Shown in pieces: positions 9,860-21,321 of a DNA stretch of 64,000 nt. The DNA is from a virus. The stretch covers positions 1-64,000 of IMG/VR virus record IMGVR_UViG_3300045988_177920, one strand, 5' to 3'. The position numbers and the translations under genes are program-made. The notes beneath the pieces are model-generated. The model did no database searches and had not been told where the DNA came from. It saw only the letters and a program-made list of their open reading frames with translations. Numbering within the stretch: position 1 is the first letter of the stretch; every line of letters begins with the position of its first letter.

Positions 9860-9867
9860 TAAATTTG
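9860..9867 (+). promoter_or_regulatory. TAnnTTTG -7-like element
   Basis: taaatttg lies 7 nt upstream of ATG 9875. If functional, the transcript would have almost no leader. Confidence 0.3.
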
Positions 9868-9874
9868 GAGAAGT

Positions 9875-10855
9875 ATGAAAAAAGAAAAGGAAGAATTAGA
9901 TTTGGAAAATAATGAATTGCCTTTATAGGCAATGTCAAAAAAAACCAATAAAAGAACAACTAGAGAACCTGATTATGCATATGACGATATAGTTCCTAAT
10001 TGTTTAAGAAATGAAAGGGTTATAGTTAGATATATCCCTAAAGCTAGTAGTTTGGTTACTAATCCCAAACACATCCTATATGGAGGTATGGCAGAAAATG
10101 CAACTAGAACTTTTACTGTGCCTAGATTAAGTTCAGGAGTATATGTAAATGTTCTTACAGATAAAGAAAAATAGTTTCTTGAGGAAACCATGCAACTCGA
10201 ATATAATGCTTTAAGTATTTATAAAAAAGAAAACAACTTCTGGGATGATTCTAATGATCAAGGTATATCTAGAGTAACTTTACATAAATAGGATAACTTT
10301 TTAGATTTATCATCCCCCGAAGACTATATAAAATATAAAATTCTATTAGCCAATAAAAACCTTATAGCTCCTTCATTAGACGCTTTATAGAATACGCCTA
10401 AAGCAAGTTATCAATTTGTTATAATTTCTGAAGGTGACGAAGTAAACAATGCTAAGCAGAAAATGTCTATTACTATGAGATGTTATGCAGAATATGGTAA
10501 AATAGAAAATGATGTAGATACACTAAGCCTTATAGTAGAAACTCTTGAAGGTCGTGCAGTAGCTCCTAATGTTAAATTGGAGTATCTACAAACTAAGATA
10601 AATGATCTTATTTAGGCAAACAGTAAGATGTTTATTAAAGTAATTACAGATCCTTTACTGCAAACAAAAGTACTTTTAAAGAAAGCAATTAGTGCGGGCA
10701 TTATCTCTAAGAGAGGTGACTATCTGTATTTAAGAAGTGATAACACTCCTTTATGTGAAGCAAATGAAGAGCCTACATTAGGTGTTGCTGCAAGATATCT
10801 TAATAATCCTAAGCACTAGGATGTTAAGTTTTCTATAGAGGCTAAACTAAACTAA
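9875..10855 (+). CDS. virion-module protein, unknown function (326 aa)
   Basis: ATG 9875, TAA 10853-10855. Six in-frame TAG fuse track ORFs 9932..10174 and 10628..10819. I checked the frame line by line and found no TAA/TGA. Confidence 0.6.
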
Positions 10856-10871
10856 ATAAATAAAAAATATT

Positions 10872-11828
10872 ATGACTAATCTAGAATTTAGTAACGAATT
10901 TGACGTACTCTATAATAATATTACAAGTAACCAAGCTCCTGGTCTTGATGAGTATGAAAAATCTGTTTTTCTTACTAAAGCTCAAGATGAAATTATTAAG
11001 GCATATTTTAATCCTAAGACTAATAAAGTACAAGAAGGGTTTGATGGTAATGAGAGAAGGCAAATAGACTTCTCTATGATTATGAGAAGTAACTCTTTTA
11101 AAACTCTTATATACTTGTCAGATAGTACCAGCGTAGGCACTCCCACAATATCTAAAAAAGAATTAGATTTTTTAGTAGCAGATGTTAAAAAAAATTATAT
11201 TAATGGGGAAGCTGTTATTCCTGATGGAGCCATTTCAAAAGTATTTAGAATCGAGGATATAACGGAACCTGAATTAAATAATAAAACCGCCACTGTTGTA
11301 ACTTATCTTAAGGAGGCCCTTTTTGATTCTAGAGATAATAGTAAATCTGTTGATCTTAATAAAGACATTCTTATGTTTACTAATGAGTATGTTATTGTTT
11401 CTAGAGGAGCAAATAATCAAAAAGTAAGACTTACAGTTATGCCTATTAATTATACTGAGTATAACAGATTAATGAGTAAACCTTATAAGAGACCTTTAAA
11501 ATTTAATGCTTGGAGATTGATAGATAACTCTAATTCAAAAAATGTAGCAGAATTAATTGTAGGACCTAATGATACTATAACACAATATAGTATTAGATAT
11601 ATTAAAAAGCCGAAACCTATAATTCTGCAAAATTTAGAAGATGGTTTAACTATTGATAATGAATCAACATCTTCTCCTTGTGAATTAGATTCCATATTAC
11701 ATCCTGAAATATTGCAAAGAGCGGTAGAATTAGCTAAAGCTGCTTATTTAGGAGATCTCAATTCTTAGATAGCTTTAGGACAAACATCTCATACAGAAAT
11801 GGGGATGGTAACACAGAATAGTAAGTAA
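10872..11828 (+). CDS. virion-module protein, paralog A (318 aa)
   Basis: Track ORF 10872..11768 is extended through TAG 11766 to TAA 11826. It has EFSNEFDVLYNN...EYEKSVFLTKAQDEII at the N-terminus and PKPIILQNLEDGLTI...LHPEILQRAVELA at the C-terminus. Confidence 0.6.
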
Positions 11829-11830
11829 CT

Positions 11831-12520
11831 ATGACAAATGAAGAATTTTCTAATGAATTTGATGTTTTAATTAACAGTAATGCGATATCTAAACCTTTCG
11901 GTGCTGGAGATTCATTATTTGAATTTAACGAATATGAGAAATCGGTGTTCTTAACAAAAGCTTAGGAAACCATTATTAGATAGTTATATAATGGCACTCT
12001 TACAGGAACCTCTTTTGAGGAAACGTAGGAGTTAAGAAGATATTTAAGTACATTAATTAAAACTAAAGAGGCTACTTGTACAAATAATAATGATGGTACA
12101 TATACAGTAATCTTTAATGCTGAAGATGGTGTTTGGTTTATTGTGCAAGAAGAAGCTGTTATTACAAAGGGTGGTTGTACTATTAATGCAGATATTGTTC
12201 CTGTAAAACATGATGAGTTAAATAGAATAAGACGTAATCCATTCAGAGGAAATTATAATAATAGAATTCTTAGAGCTGATAGATATAATTCCGGGGAATC
12301 AATGGTATTATATCCACCTAAAAATACTACAATAGACAAATATATTTATAGATATATACAGTAGCCCGAACCTATTATTCTGGAAAATCTTCCTGATGGA
12401 CTTACAATATTGAAAGTTTCAACAAAAAATGAATGCAAATTGAATCCTATACTACATCCAATAATTTTAGATACTGCCGTTAGCCTGGCAATTAAAACTA
12501 AAAGTAGTATGGTAAAATAA
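11831..12520 (+). CDS. virion-module protein, paralog B (229 aa)
   Basis: ATG 11831, four in-frame TAG, TAA 12518-12520. EFSNEFDVLINS...EYEKSVFLTKA-TAG-ETII and PEPIILENLPDGLTI...LHPIILDTAVSLA mirror the preceding gene. Confidence 0.6.
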
Positions 12521-12542
12521 GTTTAATTTAATAATTTTTATT

Positions 12543-13484
12543 ATGGCTGTTTTTTCGACAAATCAAGTTAGACATTTTTACGTAGTAAGCGCAGGTGATA
12601 AGCTTACTAAGAACGCAAAAAATCAAATTTATTTACAAACAACTGATGCTTTAGGCACTCCTATAAGAAGTGATCTTTTTAGCGCAGATAAAGTTCTTTG
12701 GGCAACTAGGGCTGGTTCTGAAAATCTTGTACATAAAGTAAAAGCCTATAAAGTAGAGCTTACTGATGATCCAATTTCAGGATAGGATTATATTCTCAGA
12801 ATTACCATTAAGAATTATCTTGGTATGTCTGATGAGGATCTCTATTTTAAATATGGTGCAGTACATGCAGTTGCAGGTATGACTAAGGGAAAGTTCTATC
12901 AGGCAATGATTAAGTCTCTTATTAAGAACTTTAGTAGAGAAGTTGCTCCTCTAGTTGCTTTCTATGCAGGTAATGATAGCACTTTAGCTAATCCTTTTAC
13001 AGAAAGTGATGTACCTGATGATCTTACTGCCTTTTATATTGCTGAAGTAGAGCAGGCTTGGAATTTAGGAACTATGCCTGTAAACTATGTAGACTTTGAT
13101 GTTACTCCCGGCACTATAATTAATCAAGGTGATGAGGTAGTTTGGGGTACTGCAACTATTGATAGAACTGTAACTAAGACCTTTAATAACGGTAAAATGG
13201 TTGCTGATCTTGAATACTTCTGCTTAGGTGAGAGAGGTGATAAGTATAGAAACATTGGGTGGCCTAATGCAATTCCTACTAAGTATAAAGTAGATCCCAC
13301 TAAGGCATATACTTTGTATGACATTCATTATTGCTATACAGGCCCTAATGAAGGCCCTTAGAAGTCTGAAAAGACCCTTACTATAGCAGTTCCAAATGGT
13401 CTTGCTGTAACCTCTACTCCCACTGGTGCAGAAACTAAATTCTTAGATACATCTGGTATTACTTACGTAGAAGGAGTTTATTGA
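12543..13484 (+). CDS. virion structural protein (313 aa), possibly a capsid accessory protein
   Basis: ATG 12543. TAG at 12783 and 13359 fuse track ORFs 12543..12785 and 12825..13361. TGA 13482-13484, followed by a hairpin. Confidence 0.55.
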
Positions 13485-13502
13485 TTATTAACAATTAAAA
13501 TA

Positions 13503-13540
13503 TAAGGGGAAGGGATTATTATCCCCTCCCCCTTCTTTTT
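13503..13540 (+). terminator. G/C-rich imperfect hairpin plus T-run
   Basis: aaggggaagggat tatt atcccctccccctt is followed by cttttt. Confidence 0.45.
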
Positions 13541-13543
13541 ATT

Positions 13544-14107
13544 ATGGTACATTTTAAAGAATTAAAAATAGACTAGGAAAGAAATAGGTTAATTATATCA
13601 GCATTTGTTGATAATAGTACTTATTATAAAGATGTGTATATATCTAAAATATTTATAGGTACTGATTATTATGTTAGCTGGCCTTCTGAAGAATCTGGAT
13701 TTCATAAAATAGAAGTAGAAAACACTAAAGAAGTAGAACTTTGTTTATCTATAAACGATTTAACAGAATTAAAATTATCATCTTTAAATGAAAAACTTTT
13801 ATTTGTATATATAAAAACCAGTGGTGCTCCTAGTCCTGATACCCCATGTGGGTGTGATTCTGAATATATTATGGGGGTAGTATATGATATTAAAAGTATA
13901 TATGACACTTTAATATAGTATATTAAAGAACTTACCAATAATTGCTCTGTTCCCTCAAATCTAATAAATGCATTTTTAAAATATAAAATGTTGCAAGTAG
14001 CTATAGATACAGGCCATTACCAAGAAGCAATTAATATATGGGAATAGTTTTATGGAGATAATAAATAGATTATAACAACATCAAAACCTTGTGGATGTAA
14101 TGGATAA
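13544..14107 (+). CDS. virion-module protein, unknown function (187 aa)
   Basis: ATG 13544, four in-frame TAG, TAA 14105-14107. It includes track ORF 13634..13918. Confidence 0.5.
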
Positions 14108-14432
14108 TTTATATAAATCTTTAAATCAATATTTTAAAATACTTGAAAGAACAGGATACCTATCCCCTTCTTCTGTAAATAGACTCCTTGCATATATTAT
14201 GATATTAGAATTTTTTGAAGAGCCTTTATATTATTATCTTACAGAAGAGGACTACAAGTATTTACAAAAAGCATTGTATTGTTTATATGGTAAAGATTGT
14301 TTAATCCCCTACCCAACTATCACTGAAAACTTAGTTAGTAAACCAATATTATTATATAATACAAATTGTAGAATTTCATAGGAAAGTGACACACTTAGGG
14401 TTACAGAAGATTAGATAAGAAAGCCATTATAA
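14100..14432 (+). CDS. virion-module protein, unknown function (110 aa)
   Basis: ATG 14100 lies within track ORF 14091..14381. The ORF extends through TAG 14379 and 14412 to TAA 14430-14432. Confidence 0.45.
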
Positions 14433-14480
14433 TAAGCTGATAATATTAATAAAGGACTTGTGAATATTAATTAATATAAT

Positions 14481-14488
14481 TATATTTG
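14481..14488 (+). promoter_or_regulatory. TAnnTTTG -7-like element inside a long-loop inverted repeat
   Basis: tatatttg lies 22 nt upstream of ATG 14511. It is flanked by the inverted repeat aaggacttg (14452-14460) / caagtcctt (14489-14497). Confidence 0.3.
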
Positions 14489-14510
14489 CAAGTCCTTAAT
14501 TGTAAATGAT

Positions 14511-15257
14511 ATGACTTATAGAGAAATAATATATATATGTTTGGACTAGGCTAAGCTGTCTTCAGAAGATTCTTATTTTACTGAGGATCATGTTAAGTTT
14601 TTATTATCTAAAGTAAGGGCAGCTTTACTAGAACAAAAATATTCAACTATTAAAAGAGAGGTTTCCTAGACTAACTATCAAACCTTATGCATTCCTTTGG
14701 AAATAAAAACAGACGGAGGAATATGTGGAAACACCCCATATCTTAAAAGTAAAAATGTAATCCCTACATTACTAAATATAGGAACTTTTGATATATATTC
14801 AGAAGACTTTTATAATACTTCTATAACTTTAGTTTCTAGAGAAAGAATGAAATATGTAGGCCATAATAAATGGCTTAAAAATATAATATACGCATCAATA
14901 GGGCCCGATAATTATTTATATTTAAAAGGTAGCAATCCTCAACATCTTTATTTAAAAAATTTAAAGATGACAGGTATATTTGAGGAACCTGATAAAGTTT
15001 CAGAAAGCTGTAACACTGAGAATAATAAATGTTAGGATCCATTAGATAAAGAATTTCCTTTAGAAGAAGCTCTTGTAGGCAATGTTATAAATGCAGTTGT
15101 ATAGTTATTATTGGGAGCTTCTTATAGACCATAGGATTCTGAAAATGATGATAAAGACGCCCTTTCAGATTTAGTTACTTACATACGTTAGAATGTAAAA
15201 AGTAATCTTTAGAAGTAGATTGATGAAGTTCCAAATTAGTCAACTAATAATGGATAA
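14511..15257 (+). CDS. virion-module protein (248 aa), possibly a head-tail connector component
   Basis: ATG 14511, nine in-frame TAG, TAA 15255-15257. It includes track ORF 14697..15035. The connector suggestion rests on position only. Confidence 0.5.
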
Positions 15258-15777
15258 TTTTAAACTTTAGGTAGTAAAAGCTAGAGGTCCCAAAATTCAT
15301 AAAATAAGAAATTCTTGGGGAGTATATGATGCATATAAATGGATAAGAAAAAACAATTGGTTAGATATCGGTAGAACAATTACTTAGCATTAGTTTTATT
15401 TTATAATAAGGAATATTAATAAAGAATTAGTACAACAGTTCTTTGTTAAACAGTATATTAAATTCCCACATAAAATGGGTAAATTAGAATTAGCAAAAAC
15501 TAAGGCTAAAGTATCAATGAAAAACGGTAAACTTAAAATTAGTAAAATTATAAATTGGGGAGATACTTTAGAATACTGGAAAAACGACCAAGAAGCATTT
15601 AATAATAAAACCCTTATTTATAATAATGCATAGTATATATTTAAAATTATATATAGTAAATATAAAGCTAATTATAAAAACAAGCAGGTGTTTTTCTTTT
15701 ATCCTAACAGAACATTTAAAAGGCAGTTAGCTGCTTTATTAAAAGATAATAAAATAGATACATGGTTATATGGTTAA
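15250..15777 (+). CDS. virion-module protein, unknown function (175 aa)
   Basis: ATG 15250, four in-frame TAG, TAA 15775-15777. I checked the frame line by line. Confidence 0.5.
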
Positions 15778-16465
15778 TTATATATCAATAAAAGAAGTTT
15801 TAGATAACATATTAGCACATCCACTATTATAGGATGTAAGCCTGGAAAGAGCAGTTAACTATACACAATAGTTTATGCGAATAGTTGGAATGCCTAATAT
15901 GTTTATTGAAAAAACAGAAGAATTAAAAATAGAAGATTACAGGGCACAGTTACCTTGTGATTTTTACCAAATGATACAAGTTAGAACCTTGGTATAGCAT
16001 TGTGATACATAGTCTGAGTAGGTATTTGTTTATAGCACAGATAATTTTCATATGTCTTCTTATAAATAGGATTCAGGGTTTTGCTATAAATTACAGGGTA
16101 ATTGTATATTCACATCAATAAAAGAAGGTACTATAGAAATTTCATATCGGGCTATTGCTACAGACGATGAGGGATTTCCTTTAGTACCTGATAATGCAGC
16201 ATTTATTAGGGCATTAGAATTATATATAAAAAAGCAGGCTTTTACAATATTATTTGATATGTAGAAGATAAATGCTAATGTTTATCAAAATGTACAACAA
16301 GAATATGCATGGGCTGTTGGACAGGCATAGTCCAGCTTAGTTATGCCATCTATAGATCAGATGCAAACATTTACTAACAGTTGGAATACTTTAGTTTCCA
16401 GAGCTACTGAACACAGCAGAGGGTTTAGAACTAACAGTATACAAGAAAAGATAAGGAGGCACTAA
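15770..16465 (+). CDS. virion-module protein, unknown function (231 aa)
   Basis: ATG 15770, eight in-frame TAG, TAA 16463-16465. No track ORF covers it because TAG spacing is under 60 codons. Confidence 0.5.
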
Positions 16466-19400
16466 TGGAAGTAGATAAACATGTATTTTAGGGGATGCAA
16501 CAAGATTCCTCAGAAATATACTAGGATAGTAATATGCTTAGGGATGCTTTAAATATACGAATTACTGATAGAGACAATCCAACTCAATTTTCTATTACTG
16601 TAGATAAAGGCAATGTTCTTGGTTCAGACATGACTCTTAAAGGTAAATATATTGGGCATTGTTTATTAGATAAATAGAATGTTCTAGTTTTTACATAGGA
16701 CGAAACTCATACTTATTTTTATAAAGTAGGTGGGACATATAATTATATAGTAGCACAAACAAATGAACCTATACTAGATTCCACTGAAGGTATAAAAACA
16801 CTTCATATATATGAAAATTATAATGTCGATAAAGTCTATTGGGTTTAGCCGAACAGACAACCTAGAGTTATAAATATAGCATATTTTGAAAATACAGGTA
16901 TAACTGAAGTTAGCAACCCAAGTATGTTTAACTTTGTCCCGGAACTTTAGCTAAATGAACAACTATAGATTGATAAGATATATGGTGGTGGTATATTTAG
17001 TCCTGGAGTTATACAATATGGAATAACTTATTATAATTTATATGGTCAAGAATCTAACTTGGCTATAGTATCACCATTGTATTATATTTCAGATATAGAC
17101 AAAGCAGGAGATCCTTCTAAAAGTTATTCTAATTCTTTCAAAATTACAGTTAATGGTATAGATACTAATTTTGAATATATGCGTATATATTCAATACATA
17201 GGACTTCCTTAGATTAGGTGCCTACTGTACATATAGTAAAAGACATTAAAATAGTTGAGTACAATGCAGATTAGAATGTTACTATTATAGATAATGGAGC
17301 ATATAAAGAAACAATAGATCCAACATTGCTACTTTATATAGGAGGTAGGGAGATTTATGCTGGAGCGATAACTCAAAAAGATAATACACTATTCTTAGGA
17401 AATATTACTCTTCCTAATAAAGATTCTTAGTTTATTTATAAAGTAAAAGGAGTTACTATAACAGATCGATCCGATTATATTATATCTAGTCATATACAAA
17501 AGTTTAGTATAAATTAGTATTATTACAAAATTCAAAATTTAAATAACTCATATTCAGGAATATTTAAATATAAACAAAAATATAGAATAGGTATTTAGGG
17601 GCAGTATAAAGATGGAACATGGACAGTTCCAATACATTTATCTGATACAGTACTTAGTTATGACTATCCAAAAGTTTCTTTAGATTATACTGGTGGACAA
17701 TATAGTATTTCAAGTTATTCTAGTAAATTTAAAATAAGTTTTCCACATTTAGTAAAAGATCTTTATGATTTAGGTATTAGAAAACTAAGACCTATTATAG
17801 TATATCCTAAATTTACAGACAAAAGATCTATAGCTCAAGGTGTTCTATGCCCTACTGTATTTAATTATTATAATAGAATGACTAATGCTCCCTTTGCATA
17901 GTCTTCTTGGTTTTTTAGACCTGTCTATAATACTAAATATAAAGGCAGTCCATTATATGGAGAAAAACGTGGTGATTATATCCCATTTAATAATTTAGAT
18001 GTTTTACCTAAAAAAGAAATTGGGAATACAATGCCAGTTGATAAAATACCTAAAGAAGCAAATGATAAATACAATTCTCTGTTTTTTATAGATGAAAATG
18101 TAGTAACATTCCATTCTCCTGATTTAGATTATAATGAAGATTTATGGTCAATAGATTATACAGGTTATGAACTTTAGGTTATAGGTGCAGTACCATTAAA
18201 CTCTATATATGGCAATGTAAATATAGAACCAAAATCTCCTCCAAAATCTTCTTCAGGAGGCTCTATATTTAAACCTGTAGGATATGTAAATAATCAATTT
18301 AATGTATTTGATATTAATGGAGGTGCTGTTGGAGGATCTTGGTGGAAAGATATTGCTGTTAAAGAGCAGGATGATAAGATTATAACTTCTAAGGGTATGG
18401 TTAATTGGTTAGTAAGTACTTGGCAAAGAACAGGATCACTAAACAATGATTTTAACCATGAGAAAGGAGATGCACAATCCTCTATACTTCAGAAAAAACA
18501 AATATCAAATATTAAAGTATTTAATTCTGCTGAAATTTCACCTAATATACTAACGTATAATCCGTAGGATATATAGTTAGTAATGAATTATGGTGAACAG
18601 ACTGTTAATTATTTAGATTTACCATATTTACAATAGTCTATTTAGTATCAAGGAAATATAGATACATTATTACCAACTTCAGAAGAGTATTACATAGGAG
18701 ATACTAATGATGCAGATGTATCAGGACCATTCTATAGTAAATCTCCTGTAAGAATGAAATATCTATCATCTCCGCATCTAGTAATGAGTTTGCCAAGTAC
18801 ATATGAAGAAATTACAGATAGTAATGGAAATAAATCAACACAATCTATAGCAACTTTATTGCCTAGAGTAAAATTCTATGAAGATTTTTCCGGTAATAAA
18901 GACTATGAATTACCTGATTGGTATTATAAATATAGTGGTAATAAAATAGACCTTAAAGAAGATTATCCCGAAGATTCAGGATTTAATATTATGGATATTT
19001 ATTATATAGGTTACTATTATGATGATACCAAAATGACTGGTTTCAACTAGAATAATAAATGGGTTATATCATAGAAGCCTAATTTAGATGCTCCTGCATA
19101 TGGTGCTTGGGCAGTTTGTAAAATATCAGGAAATAAACCATTAGAGAATAATAATGCAAATACAAAAGTTGGATATATTCCTGATACAGTTAATAATGCT
19201 GCTCCTATATTACATATTAGGCCTGATTGTGTTTTTGGTATTCCAAAAAAAGCTTTAGGTACAGATCCTTTAAATAATGATGATGAAATTAAAGAAGCTA
19301 TTGTTTAGCTTTTTGTTAAGGCAGATTATGATTATTTTAATTTGGGTATAAAATTACAAATTACCAAAGAAACTTTAGGGGGGATTGATAAAGGTGATGG

Positions 19401-21222
19401 AGAATTTTTTTATGTAACATTTAATGGTACTTAGGAACAATAGAATATCTATGGATATGTATCAAAAATTAAAACAACATTTCCATTTAAACCTGGAGAG
19501 GGGGAGGAAAAACAGCCTTGGGCTAATAATGATATTGTTGGCTGTAGATTTCAAGAAGCCACTGTTGATAGCAGTGGTACTATAACTACTCCTACTTAGG
19601 ATACAATATAGAAAGCAGACTCTTTCTATTTTAGAAGAGATCTTTTATGGGAAAAGGTTCTTTATGAATATAATCTTCCTGATGTCTTTCAAGATAAAGA
19701 AAATAATACATATTTTAAAAAACCATCTCCTTATTTATTATTAGCAGAAATAGTAAGAAAGGGAGCAGACGATAAGAATAGTGATTACAATAAAAATTTA
19801 TTTGGGGGCACTTCAGAGTAGGCATTAAGTAATAATATATGGGTTCCTGCAGGTAAGGCGGTTAAAATAGAAGATTTTGTAAATAATACTAACAAGACAA
19901 TTCCATTAGAATTAACATATGGAGACTGTTTCTTTGGTAGATATGATTGTTTAAAAACATATGCTGCTAATTTAGATGACGAAAACTAGGTTGTAGAAAT
20001 AGGATCATTTCCATGCGAATCTTGGATTAACTTTGATGGTAGGTATGACAACAGAATTGGTATGTTAACTAATTGGACTACCAATAATACAAACTTTAAT
20101 AAGATTAATCCTGTATATTCATAGAAAGATAATTTCTTTAATTATAATATTCTTCCTGATGATTTTTATAATACTAATTATTTTCGTAATCAAATAACTT
20201 GGGGGTTAACAAAAACTGCAGGAGCTACTACTGATGTATGGACTAATATTACTTTAGCTAATACTATAGATGTAAATGGATCAAATGGAGCTATAACTGA
20301 TTTATTTTCATTAGGGGATAATATATATTGTTTACAAGACACCTCAATTAATTAGATACTTTATAATGATAGAGTTCAAATATAGCCTTCAGATGGGGTT
20401 CCCATAGAAATAGCTAATAGTGGAAAGGTTTCAGGTGTTAGAGTAATTAGTGACTCTGTGGGTATGTAGAATCCTTTTGGTATTTGTAAAGGAGAAAATA
20501 ATATTTATTTTGTTGATGGAATTAATTCTGGATTATATCAGTTTAACGGACAATAGGTGCAGAATATATCAACTCCCAATAAAATGTTTTAGTGGCATAA
20601 AGAGCATGACCTTTCTTCCAGGTGGTACCCTAGTTATGGAATAAACTATCCAGCAATAAGACTTTGCTATGATAAAAAATATAAGGATATTTATTATTTA
20701 TCTTAGGGAAAAGACAATAGTTTAAACTATTCTGCCTTACTTGGAACTTATGTTTCAAACTTTTCTTTATAGAAAATTTTAGGTATGGAAAGAGTAAATG
20801 ATGGCACTAAATCATACTTACTAGGATTTCAAACAACTGATTCTTATACAACAGAAGTACTCCAACTTTTTAATGCCGATGCAGTAATTAAAAATGCTTA
20901 TATAACTTTTATAAGCACTGACAAAACAGATGCTGTTAAAATATTTGACACTATGGATGTAGATGGAGGTGTTTATAAAGATAATAAAGAGTTTTATGAA
21001 GGTGAAAATATTTGTCCTGTAGAAGATGTTGCAGTAACTAATGATTATCAATCAGCCACAGGAAGTAATTTTAAAAAGAAATTTAGACTTTGGAGAACAT
21101 AGTTTCCAAGAGATAAAAGATAGAGAATTAGAAATCCTTGGACATAGATTAAATTAATACTTAATAATTCTACTATAGCATAGCCAAAAATAAACAGTGT
21201 AACAGTACATTATACTAAATAA
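16465..21222 (+). CDS. very large tail protein (1585 aa)
   Basis: ATG 16465 (TAATG overlap). I read all 1585 codons and found no TAA/TGA until TAA 21220-21222, with about 39 in-frame TAG. It contains track ORFs 18754..19050 and 20785..21102. Confidence 0.7.
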
Positions 21223-21225
21223 CTT

Positions 21226-21266
21226 AATAGGGATATAGGTAACACTTATATCCCTATTATTTTTTA
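21226..21266 (+). terminator. intrinsic terminator
   Basis: Perfect 12-bp stem aatagggatata / tatatccctatt with a 9-nt loop, followed by attttttaaa. Confidence 0.65.
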
Positions 21267-21299
21267 AATTATTTAGTTGCTGATATAAAGAACTTTATA

Positions 21300-21307
21300 T
21301 ATCTTTG
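21300..21307 (+). promoter_or_regulatory. TAnnTTTG -7-like element
   Basis: tatctttg lies 14 nt upstream of ATG 21322. Confidence 0.3.
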
Positions 21308-21321
21308 TACAATAAATAAAT

